Made by a program: the position numbers and the translations under genes. 64,000 nucleotides of DNA from Ylistrum balloti (Eukaryota), in assembly GCF_031769215.1 (NCBI RefSeq), contig NW_026782195.1, positions 434,001-498,000 on the forward strand. Direction: 5' to 3'. Under the pieces are notes generated by a model that was given only the letters and a program-made list of their open reading frames with translations, was not told where the DNA came from and made no database searches. Shown in pieces: positions 24,201 through 36,200 of the stretch. Position 1 is the first letter of the stretch. The number at the start of each line of letters is the position of its first letter.

Positions 24201-25244
24201 TATAGACCTGCCATATCTCAACATTCTAGAACATATATTTCTTTAAAGATCAATAATCAATACTATTTAAAATCTTACCACAGTATTTTGATTAAATATA
24301 TAAGATTCCACACAAAAAAATTCTACAACACCAGAAAGCTTAAATAAAAATAATACTTAATCATGGCAGATTTGTATAATCTGATATCAGTAATAATTGA
24401 TCTTCCTGTTTGTTTTGCCTGTAATGTGCCTACATCACAAAATGAGATTTATCCACGATCACTGTTATGTACCTTTTTTTATTTCTGGTTCACTGCGTTC
24501 ATTCTTGCTAGAAGTGCTTTTTGACTTCTTCCCAACATCCTCCTTGTGTTTCTTTGATTGGTTATCTCCCTTTTCTAATTTCTTTTCTATTGACTGCTTT
24601 TCTTCTACATCAAATTCTTTCTCTGTTTGTGCAGCTTTTTGTTCCTCAGCCTTTTTCTTTTTCATCTTCTTTTTTTTCTCCTTCTTAACAGGCATATCCC
24701 AAAATTTCTTTACCGCTTCCTCAATTTGTTTGTTTCCGACATTATCCATTGGTATGTTACCATTATGCTTCTCGTCTTGTTTCGATGCCACCACATCATC
24801 ACCTTGTGAATTCTTTATGTGCCTTTTGGCTTTTAAAATCTTTCTTAATTCCTTGTCACTTGTTGAAATGGAACTTATTGAAGAAGCTAACTCATGATTA
24901 TTGAGAGGACCTTCAAGAGCTTCCAAACCAATCAAGCTTTTTTCAGCAGAAAGATGGACTTCACTCTCTTGGCTGTTGGCATCCATAACTTTGCTTCGTC
25001 TTTTTCTGGTCTTTTTGCCTTCATTGTTGTGGTTTTCTGACTTTTCATCTAATTCCTGTGATGTTTCTGTTGATGCTATAGCTGGTTTCTCTTTCTCCTT
25101 GTCATCTTTCTGTTGAAGAGGCTGTTCACTACTTGGTGATGCAGCAATTTTATCTGATGTTGAATCACTTTCTCCTTTCTTGAAGTTAAGAAGACTCTTA
25201 ATACCTATCTCAATTTCTTGAGTAGATAGACTGAAATCTGCCAT
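209..25244 (-). CDS. TUT4/7: Terminal uridylyltransferase 4/7-like (ZCCHC11/ZCCHC6 co-ortholog), 26 coding exons, about 1849 aa
   Basis: Exons in transcript order: 25244-24473, 23843-23758, 23216-23100, 22273-22096, 21099-20959, 20752-20556, 19978-19865, 19185-19096, 18271-18100, 17617-16344, 15310-15163, 14579-14493, 13354-13254, 12654-12493, 12204-12115, 11859-11746, 10688-10614, 9807-9636, 8998-8951, 8111-8023, 7597-7473, 7049-6910, 6316-6123, 5110-4451, 1404-1329, 336-209. All introns are GT-AG with compatible phases; total 5550 nt. Domain order: C2H2 finger, inactive NTase, PAP-associated, acidic linker, CCHC, active NTase, PAP-associated, CCHC. The core is secure; the last three exons are less certain. 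Confidence 0.93.
646..951. repeat. 34-bp minisatellite, 9 copies
   Basis: GGACAGTGGGGCCTGGTTAACTATCAGTACTACA, nearly identical copies in TUT intron 25. Confidence 0.95.
1647..1818. other. Assembly gap
   Basis: Run of N. Confidence 1.
1819..1975. repeat. Degenerate (GACA)n microsatellite next to the assembly gap
   Basis: Runs of GACAGACAGACAG immediately after the N run. Confidence 0.85.
3590..3650 (+). mobile_element. Probable tRNA-derived SINE head relic
   Basis: TGGTTGAGTGTCAGACTAGTAAGCCAGAGGTCCCATGTTTGAATCT resembles a decayed tRNA 5' half to T-loop. Confidence 0.35.
4451..6316 (-). CDS. TUT4/7: TUT exons 23-24: Q/H/P/S-rich low-complexity C-terminal region
   Basis: Exon 23 carries a CAA/CAG/CAT poly-Q/H tract. 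Exon 24 (660 nt) begins tttcag|AACATC and ends at CAG|GTACAT. Confidence 0.78.
6400..6909 (-). repeat. Degenerate ~50-bp array derived from the TUT exon 22 end plus donor, about 11 copies
   Basis: Variants of AGTACAACCACTCTAAAG|GTAGGC recur at about 50-bp spacing (6860, 6810, 6760...). Confidence 0.75.
7473..7597 (-). CDS. TUT4/7: TUT exon 21: CCHC zinc knuckle 2
   Basis: Encodes DRCCRVCNKIGHIAKECP. Confidence 0.92.
8191..8481. repeat. Tandem duplication of about 150 bp
   Basis: ATCATTACAA...GACTAATACTGAT present twice. Confidence 0.85.
8951..8998 (-). CDS. TUT4/7: TUT exon 19: nucleotide-recognition motif with the UTP-selecting histidine
   Basis: 48-nt exon encoding DPFDLAHNLGGGLSRK; HNLG marks uridylyltransferases rather than poly(A) polymerases. 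Confidence 0.9.
9204..9290 (+). mobile_element. tRNA-derived SINE head relic
   Basis: A-box-like AGCTGAATTGG and B-box-like GGTTCAAACCC at tRNA spacing, without a complete cloverleaf. Confidence 0.45.
9863..10075. repeat. 46-bp minisatellite, about 5 copies, with degenerate tail
   Basis: GACACTGTCCTGTCCTGATTTATAGCCCATCCTGTTTATGGTACCT. Confidence 0.9.
10943..11745 (-). repeat. 34-bp minisatellite (21 copies) plus two ~59-bp units, all copies of the TUT exon 16 end plus donor
   Basis: Minus-strand unit ACCATCAGTGTTACCTGTCCTACAGGA(G/T)|GT(G/A)AGT matches the exon end CCATCAGTGTTACCTGTTCTACAGGAG|GTGAGT. Confidence 0.93.
12493..13354 (-). CDS. TUT4/7: TUT exons 13-14: active nucleotidyltransferase site
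   Basis: LFGSSHNGFGFKQSDIDL (GS plus DxD) and AKVPIVKF...EGDISLYN (third Asp). Confidence 0.93.
14684..15086 (-). mobile_element. Helentron-associated non-autonomous element (HINE/DINE-1-like), short copy
   Basis: Reverse-complement homolog of 35699-36547: T-run, subterminal IR TGTGTCGCCTGCA, one core repeat, 3' IR, terminal CTCTTGT. Confidence 0.75.
15163..15310 (-). CDS. TUT4/7: TUT exon 11: CCHC zinc knuckle 1
   Basis: Encodes CSICEKEGHLKNSCP. Confidence 0.92.
16344..17617 (-). CDS. TUT4/7: TUT exon 10: end of first PAP-associated domain plus long acidic/PEST linker
   Basis: Begins DPFSNKRNAARSV and ends FTDGK; contains five 16-aa repeats; matches ORF-track 16323..17636. Confidence 0.92.
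17848..18033. repeat. Long imperfect inverted repeat (arms of about 55-70 bp) carrying hammerhead-like motifs
   Basis: 17866-17918 is the reverse complement of about 17960-18012 with few mismatches; each arm contains CTGATGAAG. Confidence 0.85.
20190..20400. repeat. 74-bp tandem repeat, about 3 copies
   Basis: GCAGGTAGGTAGTGTACAGCTGG recurs at 20261 and 20335. Confidence 0.88.
20959..21099 (-). CDS. TUT4/7: TUT exon 5: first, catalytically inactive nucleotidyltransferase domain
   Basis: Encodes LYGSSHTGIALKGCDVNMDL. The DxD motif is replaced by DxN, as in the pseudo-NTase of vertebrate TUT4/7. Confidence 0.88.
21190..21740. repeat. Old degenerate minisatellite with a 34-bp homogeneous core
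   Basis: CTACTCATCAGCTAGCCTATAGGATTTTTATTAG repeated about 21354-21450, with related GCAGGATTAG motifs on both sides. Confidence 0.6.
22339..22669. mobile_element. piggyBac-type MITE, 331 bp
   Basis: TTAA target duplication (22335-22338 and 22670-22673); perfect TIR CCCTTTCGGCGCC; internal 31-bp and 35-bp (x4) direct repeats. Confidence 0.85.
23100..23216 (-). CDS. TUT4/7: TUT exon 3: matrin-type C2H2 zinc finger of the Lin28-interacting module
   Basis: Encodes FFCRLCDYHMDTPVDCDRHMQDNRHKRR; flanked by tttcag and GTATAT. Confidence 0.9.
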
Positions 25245-26938
25245 TTCACATTGAATCACATTTCATCACTTTTTTACTTTCATCCAATCCCAAGGCTTCA
25301 TTTCTGTCTTCAGTTCTGTAAAATGAAAATGATACTGTTTAATTGATTTAATTCTGAAACAGTGGGATGCTTTCACTAACAATACATGTATTCTGTAATT
25401 TTGCTTACTGATACTTTAAATAAAGTATGTTGGCACATGTTGTTGAAATATCTGTAAAAAAATGTAGCTTATATACCAGTAAATCACAAAAAGGAAAAAA
25501 CATTTCTTTCCTTTACATTTTGTCAGTTATTTATTCATTTTTTTTTTATTTATGTTGCTTTAAAAGAATTGTCACACATTGGACTGATGGAATAGTCTGA
25601 CAACAGATGGAACAGTATAATAGCCAATTCCCCCTTTTTTGAGGGAATGTTTGCCAGAAGTGTAATCATCAATTCTAAAGCCCAGAAAAAATTGAACACT
25701 GGAAATGTTAATATCAAAACATAATATAGCTTGGCAGCTAGTAGTGTCCTATGAAAAATCTGGACAAAGAAAATTTAACATGGAGATGGTAGAATGTCTG
25801 CTCTTGTTGCAAAATAAATCTCCTAGTTATTCCAGAAAATTAGCCCCCAGTTTTGTTTATCCAACAACTTTCAAATAACTGAAAATGATTCAGTGCCTAA
25901 GAAAACATGAAAAAATAAAAATGCAAAGAACCAGTACTAATATCATTGAATGCATGAGTGCAGCATTGGTATGGTGGATAAGTCTATTACAAGGACTTCA
26001 AATCTATAAACCTAAAATCAGAAACTGAAATGCATTCTAGGTGTCTTACCACTACTTACTACTCAAGAAGCAAATCTTAATCTGTAAATCTCTTAACATG
26101 GGCTGACAAGAAGTGGTCTCAATATGTATCAATCTATATTGATATATCAGTGATGGCTATGACTAATACTGTAAAAATAATGGAGAATGTAGTTGCTGGT
26201 CAGTCATGTTAGAATCTGTCTCAGTCATTAGCTGATACTGAAGTTTTATCCATCAAGAGAGTAGAGTCACTTTAATATTGTCTCTGTCTGTCACTCAGTT
26301 CTTCTTTGAGGATACATAACTCCATCAGTATTGATATACCATTGACCGTTGTAAGTCCAAAAGGCTGTAATAGTGGGCGTAAAACCCGTTCAATAAAGAT
26401 ATATATATACGCTTTCTTGGCTTATTTGGTAAATGTTAGTGTTAAGGATCGTGATGTCAGGTCTGATTTATGTCATATCTCGCAACAGGAAGGTATTTTC
26501 TCTGCGTGTCCTTTCGTGCAGGATGTACGATATGATTTCACACATTGGTTAATCTTTCTTCTTAGATTTGCATGTAGAACTGATGGATTGCAATACAAAT
26601 AATGCATAGACCTTGTATGAACCATAAAAGATCACTAGTGCAGAAGAAGGAGTGTACAGTATAATTAGGTGCATGTACAAAAGACTTGCACTACCTAGTT
26701 CTAATCACGGGTCAAAGGCTTTTACGAGTGATTGTGAACAATACAAATCGAAACCAAAAGTTGCGATTCCAAATTGCCAAATCACAGACACAGTAGACAG
26801 AAAATGACAACGTATATACAGAATACTAACAAAAATTACATTACATATTCAATAAATAACTTACATGCTGACAATGAACCAATAAACACACAAAAAAATC
26901 AAATTCGATCTACCTGAACAATTCAAAACATGGACGCT

Positions 26939-27142
26939 GCCATTTTGTAAATTGCATTATGGGATTATTTTCATTCTTTCCTTTTTCTTTTTTAATAAAC
27001 ATCAGTATTATGTGGTGAAATTGTCACATTAGCTTTACATACTTGATGGCTTTATTGAAAGATACACTATTGTCTGGTCACAAGAAAAAAACATTAATTC
27101 TGTTATCGGACGGACGAGATTTAAGAGTGACATTATGGCGGC
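26939..27142. promoter_or_regulatory. Bidirectional promoter shared by TUT4/7 and REXO1
   Basis: Outward-facing YY1-type motifs: CAAAATGGC on minus (26939-26947) and ATGGCGGC on plus (27135-27142). A Staf/ZNF143-like TGCATTATGGGA lies at 26953-26964. A non-coding TUT first exon is implied by minus-strand donors at about 26912 and 26864. Confidence 0.65.
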
Positions 27143-27217
27143 TTTCATGAAAAGTTGACATAATGACACGAGAATGTAAACCTTACGTGAATGCAGTAAC
27201 TGATAACTCTCTTGAGC

Positions 27218-30200
27218 ATGTTTCGCTCTGCCGGTTATTATCGTGGTGTGAATTGTCCATTCTTTGCCAGCGGACTTTGTGAACGCCCGTATTGTCACTT
27301 TAGACACGTCAAACAAGATCACAATGAAGGTAGCAAATATGATAAACAAAAAAGTGAAACCGTTTTGTTGTGATTATCGTAACACTCGTGGCTCGACCCT
27401 AAATTGTTGGGAAGTAAAGCATGCAGTATTGAAAAGGCATGAATGTCATAACTTATGCAAAACTTTAGGATAAATTACTAGACAGAGCAATTCTGACATA
27501 AAAAAAACTTTCATTTAACTCTACTTCTAATGTGTTTGTCACAAAAATAATACTTCGGATAAACCAAACTGGATATTTTGTCGAAGACAATTGCAAGAGC
27601 GAGGTTATTTTAGCTTAAAATTGTTCTTGTATCAAAGGAATTTTCGTGAACTATGTTTTGACCACTTATAATATATCGTGGGTGGAGGGAAGTGGTCCAG
27701 CTGAACGGAGAAAAGTGAATCGGTTGATTGTCATTGGTTTGTACATTATATAAGTCAATGACTCTCAACCACCTAGTTTTCTACCGTACCTGTAAAAAAG
27801 ATGAGTGGTTGCTCTGATGTATCCACATTGCATGTCAAATATGGTAGTAGTGAATGAGATTGGTATATAACATAGAGTGTGCCCAGGGGACAGGGTTCAA
27901 GTCTAGATGTGGCACCAGTACCTCTATAACAAGAAGAGAGACAATTGCATATTCTGATAGCTTGCAAATATTGACCATGAAAGCTTTTAAATTTTGAAAA
28001 AAACTTTCAGGATATATGCATTTTGTCTGCACATTCCTACCCCTAGCAGTTTGGTGTTTTGTCCATGTCTTGAAGTTGAGCAAGGAAAAAAATGGTCAGT
28101 ACTTTGATGGATGTCCACTCCTTTGCATCTCTAGTGCACATTATATATTGTTCGATTAATGATAATAGTGTATAAAGTATTTGGTTATGAGCTGTGCCAG
28201 ATATACCAGACACCTGTGCTCAGGTTTACCAATAAAATCAAATAACGATGCTCATCCAATTTAAATATCTGTTATTTAGGTTCATGTTTCACTTGTGTTG
28301 AGTTTACATGATGTAAAAATTCAGGAATTTTCATAGAGGAATCATCGCTTTATTCAGGAGGTTTTCATATATGAAATGTACAGTAGCGCAATCTAATTAT
28401 TAGTCAAGACAGTCCATATCATGCTTTAATTCATCAGAGTTTGTTATGGTCTTCAATATAAGTGTCTACAAAGCATAATAACAATTCCTTTAATCTAACA
28501 AGGTTCAAACTTTCCTGTAGAAAAATAATTAAACAATCTAACATTCTCTTTGGAAAATTTAATTTATTTGTCAACAGATAAAAGAAGGCTGGTATATACA
28601 CTTGTTCAATAGTTTTTACATAAAACTGAAATGGCAGTATGTTGACTTCTTGTGTTGATTCTGTGCACAAAGCTGAAATGGGTTGAAAGAAGCTGAAAAA
28701 GAAAGATAGGGAAAGAAATGATATAAAATGTGCAGAATAACCTGCAGCATATCATGAAGTCTGATTTTTTTTCTGTAATTTTTTTATTTCAGATCTGAAC
28801 AGCAGGGCACATACTCCATCTGCCTCAAAGGATGCTAGTACCTATTTGGAGAAGCTATCGGATGGACAGTTCCCATTGACAAGTGAATCAATCAAGTCTT
28901 TCTCAAAGGACAGTGATGTGGATCTTGATGAAAAGAAATTCAACGATCAAATTTTCAACAAGTATACAGGTGAACCAATAGTCAATGAGGAATCAGAAAA
29001 GTTGGGAACTATTGTCACAAATCAAAATGACATTGATAAATATAGTCAAAAACCGGTGGAATACAACAAATATACAGGAGAGCCTATTTATCATAAAGAA
29101 GATACATCATCATCTTTGAATAAACGATGGACAGAAGCAGTGCTTGGAAGTAGCACTCCAACCTATAATCCTACTCCATTGAGTGAATTGCAAAAACGAA
29201 ATGCAAATCCAAATCTGAATAAGTATTCATTGTCAGTTAGTTCAAGTACTTGCAGCCAAGAATATGACCCAGAATCAAACTACTCCACCTCTACTAAGCT
29301 CACCCATGTTCCAGTCCCTCAAGTTGGTCGACCTTCATATGCCAGTAAGAGGTCGTGTAGTTATGATCCTTCAAATGTCAAGTACAAAAAACCTGTTCTC
29401 AAAAGACAACGTGTAGCTTCATTCTTTGATGCAAAGTTTAGTTCTGATGAAGAAGAACAACATACAAAAGCAGACCATGGAAACGATGAAAAAACAGCTT
29501 CAAGTGACAAAGAAGATAAATTTCATCTGAAGGATGTCAATTATTTTGAGAAGCTTTTGGATGGACCAAAGGATGTAAAGAAAAACCGTGTTAAAGTTGA
29601 AAGTGATGATTCACTAGATTCTTTGGATGAAGATGTCGATGTTACACCTTTACTGGAAAAATGTAGAAGGCGTTCACAGTCAGGGGGCACTGATTATGAC
29701 AGTGCTGAGGAGAAAATCTCCAATACAGATAAGGGAGACAACTCAAACACTGTCAGAGAGATTATCTCTGATGAAGTTAATGATAGCTCTGATTCTGTTG
29801 ATAGAAAAACAAACAAAGCATTCAGAGTGGAATCAATCCCTAGCATTGGCAGTGAAAATGACAAATCTGCTGAAAATTGTGATAAAAATGACAACAAAAA
29901 TCACAGTGCTTTGTCATCACATTCAAAATCTTCCCACCAAAGATCTAGTAATTCTCATAAGTCACTAAAAGAATCATCAAAAATTTCTGTGGAAGATGGA
30001 AATTCAACTCATAAATCATCAAAGGAGTCATCTTCATCGAAAAATTCCCATAAAGGGTCTGTTAATTCATCTCATAAATCATCTAAAGATTTGTCTTCAT
30101 CGAAAACATCCCACAAAGGGTCTAATAATTCATCTCATTTATCATCAAAGGAATCCTCAACAAAATCTTCCAATAAAAAAACTGAACATGTAAAATCTTC

Positions 30201-33200
30201 TCATAGTGATAAGAGTTCACATCGTTCTTCATCATCAAAGTCTCATTCTAACACATCTATAAGTACAGATCAAGTGGTCATATCCAAACGAAAATCCCGA
30301 GATTCCCAAGACAGTAGATCACCAGAAAACGAAAACCATCCGTGTAATACTGACAATTCAAAAAGTGTTTCTAAGTCATCTACTAATAATCACAAACATT
30401 CAAGACATTCAAATTCAAAATCGTCATCTTCAAGCAAACACAAGCATAATTCAGAAAAAAGTCACACAAAAAATTCTCACAGTTCATCACATGGCTCAGG
30501 GTCTAGTAAACATAGCAAAGACAAGCAAGTCAAACACAAAGACAGTACAGAAGACAATAAAAAAGGGACCAAGTCTGTGTGTTCTGAAAGGAGAAAGTCT
30601 TCGGAGACGACCAAGAAAAAAATTGTAGATATCAATGTCGATCTTTTTGGTGCAGACACGGAGGATGAGGATGATGATGGTGACTTGGTGGAGGTGCCAA
30701 TGGTGACCGATGAAGGACATCTCTCCGAGAGTGACATGATAGCATTTCTCAATGATAGTGATTACTCAGATGAAGACGTTGATAGATATGATGAATGTTT
30801 AAGAATATTTCAGGAAAACAGTGGTGTGCAGAATAATGCCAACAAAAAGGTAATTGTACATGTTTTTAACGATATGTAAATGAGATATTACCAATTTATA
30901 GAACAAGGTTAATTCTTTATAATTTTTTTGCTATCCAAGATGTCTGCCAAAACCACCATTTTGGAAGATCATTTTGAACTTCAAGTTTAATTCTGTAACA
31001 CAGTCTGATATTCGATATTGGTGTATATATTAATCATTTAACAGAAATCCAGATAAATGTTATCCCCACAATGAGTCGTTTATGAAATATGAAAATATAG
31101 TGGCCGGTACATATATTTACTTAGTGGTGCTCTTTCTAAACAGACCTGATTTGTGTATCCAGTTATGAAACTTGATATACCTGCCCATAAACACTTTTTT
31201 TGTAGAGTTTGATTTGAGCTCTCCACCATTTGGGATACAAAAATGCAGTTCAAGATAGGGTAACCCATGTAGTCCTGTAAATATTTTCGTACAATCATTA
31301 CCTCATGTACAAGATCACATATTGGGGAAATCCAGATACATATTTCATTTTTTATTTATTTGATTATTTTGTTTTAAAGAAAACATTGTATAAAAGGATG
31401 AAATAGATTTTACTTGAGATAGATTGGATGGAGTCTAAAGGATAGGTAAAATTGATTATTTAAACTTTTTATCTTCTGCATGGGTGAAGGGATCAGGATC
31501 CAAATTTGTGTGAAGCATTTATAGATGACACAGACTCAATATTGTGTGTATATATCATCAGTTTCCTGTTGCCTTTTTGACAGATTGTTATCTATAAACT
31601 TTTTGAACATGTTTTCTCACACATTCACCTCATGTACTATAGTGTTATACATCTCTATACTTCTTCGGGTAAAAAGAATTTTCGAGGTCTTTGCTCACCT
31701 TTTTTTATTTTTCGTTCCAATTTTCCTGGAATGTCACACACGTTCAAAGTCATCACCTGTTGTTGAGGAATTCAAATATCTGTCTCGGTCAAAAAAACCC
31801 AACTGTTTCTATAAAAACAACATTACATTGAGTCAACATCTACAGTCGTGAATAAATTTTCTCTATCTATCTAAGACCTGATAGTGTTGGTCATGAATTG
31901 GAATAGATTAAATCTGGTGTCCCCTTATAGAATAGGAATATGGAAAGATACATGTGTCTTGTCAGAGCCAAGAAGGAAAGCTTCCTTGTAATCAAATTTG
32001 ATGTTTTTTCCATTTTCGGTGACATGTTAAGTACTTACTGTGAATGGATATTTTTATGGGGGTGTATTTTGTGGTTTCAATAGGCAAACTATATATGTGC
32101 AGGGCATATTTCCATGACCAAATATATTTGCATATCTAATGTATATAATGTATACGTTGTATATTATATAATGATTATGCAACAAAATATCAGCAGACGA
32201 CATTGTAATGCCACGTACGAATTTAACCACGTATGAACTGTAATCATTCACGATAATTTATGATAGCAGGTTAGATATTTCAAAGAATAAACAAACAGAC
32301 GTTAAGGAGAATTACTGTGCATAGTTGAAAAAAACAAAGCTGATTACAAATTTGAGTCTTCAAACAATTTCGGTAAGAAACAAGTCAGTTTTGCACGTCA
32401 AATATGTAACTTCCGTGTTTAGACAGCCAAAAAAACGTGACAGTTGTTAATGTCACATTCTGCTTATTGTCACATTTTCCCCAGACAAATTGGACATGAT
32501 ATTAAGCGGATTGCACTATACTTCAGAAATTCATATGCATGAGTAAATGTGACTGAATGACTTCCACGTATTTGGTGTAAATTTACAGCATAATTCAGTG
32601 TATACTTAAACCCTTTGTATGTATTTTGACTTGTATAGCTAGCTACACACAACAATATTTAACATTATTTATACGTGATAAATATATATATTTGGTATTG
32701 GTATCATTTCTGCCCTGGGACCCGTTTTAGAAAGATGGTATTTTACTCTACACATGTGTACTTAAAATTGCATTATTTTTTTTTTTTATCAGAAATTATC
32801 TTCAGAAAAAACCCAGGATGCAAATGTCCCACAAACCCCAACTGGCAAGCAGCGTATGGCACACAAGAAAGATTCTGAGGTATATATCATTTCAGCAGAG
32901 ATAGATTAGTGTTTGATATCTCACAGATGTTGTGGCCGTGTTGTTAAGAAATAAAGACCAATTAATGCCAGAATTGCAATGATGGTCAGTTGCTTGTGTT
33001 CAGGAGTGACTCTGATTTCTGATGTGAAATTGTTCATTTAGAGGTAATTTACAGCCATCAGCCTTTAAAAGGCATTTTTCAGAGTTTCTAATAAACACTG
33101 ATTTCAAAATTGTAATAGGTATTTAAGAGACAACTCAAACTATCTGTACTATATATTTAAGAGACAACTCAAACTATCTGTACTATATATTTAAGAGACA

Positions 33201-36200
33201 ACTCAAACTATCTGTACTATATATTTTAGAGACAACTCAAACTATCTGTACTATATATTTAAGAGACAACTCAAACTATCTGTACTATATATTTAAGAGA
33301 CATCTCAAACTATCTGTATTATACAGTGTAGTAGAGTTATAAATTGTATACAATTGTGTACAATTCTCAATGATAGAACTGGAACTGTTTCTGATTGTCT
33401 GGGATGAAATCCTTAGATTTGTAGCACGCTGAAACTGAAGATTCAAGACAGGAGCACTCAAAAACCGCTGACGTCGTGCCGTGATGCAAATGAATCTGTC
33501 CCATCACTGAAGTTACAAATTTGTTTCCAAATTCAACTTTTTTTAGCTTAGAAGCCACCTGCAGGATTTGTTAACTAGAGCGGAACGGCAAGACGTGCTT
33601 TCATTCACTGAAGAAAATAGTATTTATGAATTTGTGTTAAATAGAAATATTTACCATATTTTATATTTGATTTTACAAATTGTTATAATGTATGTGTTTC
33701 TTTCAGTTTGTGATCAATGAATGATCATTAATTGAAAACTGCTGATATCTATCATGAATTTGGAAATGATATATAATATGTCTTTATAATGAAACTTGTT
33801 TTTCTGTTTCAGTTTACCAGGAAAATGAAAGTATTTGAGAAACCAAAGACCAAGATGTCTCCTGCTGAGGTGATGCACAACCGTTTCCTCCAGATACAGA
33901 AAAAGGCCCAGGAGGCTGCTGCTGCTGCTGAATCTGGAAGTAATGGAACAGCCTCATCCTCAACAGTAAGTCTTCTCCATGTTGCTACATAATCTATTGT
34001 GTATACCATGCTTTTGTTTTCTTTATAGACAAAAATGTAAACCTTTGATTCAGAAATTTCTTTACACAAAACATCAAAAAATTTAGCTTGGTTGTGTGCA
34101 TCTTCAGGAACTATAAAAACAAACCCGTCAAACCAGTACAAACTTTTTGACGAAATATGATCCCCACAATTCCAAAGGAGACTGGTTTTGAGCTTGTTAA
34201 CAAAAGGACTGTGATTGGGCATTTTCAGATTGTAAGTTTTGGACAATGAAGTGCTGAAAGTATGTTACAGTGATAGAGTCTATATCTGCGCGTGATTTGT
34301 TAAGTCTAGTGCTTGTATAATGTTTTCTGTAACAGGGAAAAACTTTCTAGTGCCATGTTTTTCATATGTTTATTTATTCATAATAAAGTCATATTGATGT
34401 ATTGATATGATCTGTGGCTTAATACGTTTCTTTCAATGTATCAAAAGCAAATTCAAATTTTATTTTATGTCATTCCGTAAAATACATAATGTGTATGTGC
34501 TTGGCCTGTAGGGGTATTGTACACATGGGCGGGATGGAACGACGTGAGTTCAATTGCATTTGATTGGAGTTGTTATTACATGTTTTGCTGTTTGGACGAA
34601 TTTGAGATATTGTCCAGTTGAGCTGAAAATTGAAATATAAGAGTTTTTAGGAATGACAGTTACAATGGTACCATTTTCTATAACATCTGTTGTCATTTGG
34701 TTGCTATGGTAATCTCATAAGACTGATGATTAGACAGACACTTTCAAGACTACTCTAAATGTTGTGGACCGATTTCAATGAAATTACACAGGGATGTTAG
34801 GGACTATGTGTAGATGTGTAAATATGCATGCATCCTGGGATGGATAGGTCATAGGGTCAAATTCTAGAACAACCTCCATGCTTGTTTATGACAAGAATAG
34901 CTTTTTGAAACTTCCTAGAAGTAATATGGGAATATGCAAAGGCATGCAAGGGCCTTGGCTAATATTTAACAGTACAGACACTGATAGAGATATTGTTAAT
35001 CAAACCCTACCTATTGTCAGACCCTATATCTGTGCATAGACAATCTTTGAAGGCTCCAAAGCCAAATGAGTTTGATAATTGCTATTTTGTGTTTTTCAAA
35101 CACATCATGAAAATTAAGGATGATCTATGTATAATTCATTTGCAAACTTAAATTAAATGTTTCACTGACCATCTTGATAAATTGATAAGTAAACCTTGGT
35201 CAACATAAGGATTACCACATCGTAAGAAAGGGTGTGGCTTATAACGCGATCTGCTTATAAGTGGATCAAATTGAACAAATTATTAAATATCAGTCCTGCA
35301 GCTTATACTCATGTTCAGTTTAATACAGTTATTACATGTACAATGCAATTCTTGTTAACTCCTGATAGATGGGAAGCTTGGACACACGAGACACATCATT
35401 ACATGTCATTCTTTTTTCATTTGAGACTGTTCAGAAAATTAGTCGACAGGCAGTCATCCCATCCTTGATTTTATAGCTTTCTTAAATGTCATTTGTAGGT
35501 TTCCACTGTTCTGTAGATGTCTTTGTTTCAGTTTGAGACTGATGGGAGAAGGCCTACTGTTATTCACTTCACAATCATCAGTTAAAGTTTGATAACCAAA
35601 ATCATAACAAAAAATATAGTAGGAAAAATTGATTCAAAATTCAAAAGCAAGGATGCCATATTGCACTATGAGAGTTAAAATTGTCAGCTTAGATATAGTT
35701 TTTGTGTCGCCTGCAGAGCTGGCAGACACTTAGGGATCACTTTGTCCGTCTTCACTCGTCGGCGGCGTCGTCGTCCTAATGGAATTTTTTCCAGACTTTT
35801 TTCGGTAATGCTTTGAGTTATCAAAATGAAATTTGGCATATGGCATATGGCATTTTGTTGCAAGGGTACATATTAAGTTTGATTCCCGGCTGTCTGTGAC
35901 CCTTTTTGACAGAGTTATGCCCCTTTCAACATAGAAAATTTCCTTGGAATATTGTTTTCCGGACTTTTTTGGCTTATGCTTTGAGTTATCGAAATGAAAT
36001 TAGGTATATGGCTTCTTGTTGCAAGGGTACAGATTAAATGTGATTCCTTGCTGTCTGTGACCATTCTTGGCTGAGTCATGCCCCTTTGAACTTAGAAAAT
36101 TTTCTGGGAATATTGTTTTCTTGACTTTCTTTGGTTATGCTTCAAGTTATAGAAATGAAATTTGGTATAACAACTTTATGGTTGATTGTTGCACATCAAG

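Noticed and set aside
26306-26640. Protein-like text on the minus strand in TUT intron 1
   Set aside because: Contains stops, has no recognisable motif and no usable splice sites.
27790-27980. Possible LINE RT relic ([10 protein letters not shown])
   Set aside because: Only a loose match to the GVPQGS motif, with many stops.
33367-33558. 63-aa minus-strand ORF inside REXO1 intron 3
   Set aside because: No recognisable domain or partner exons.
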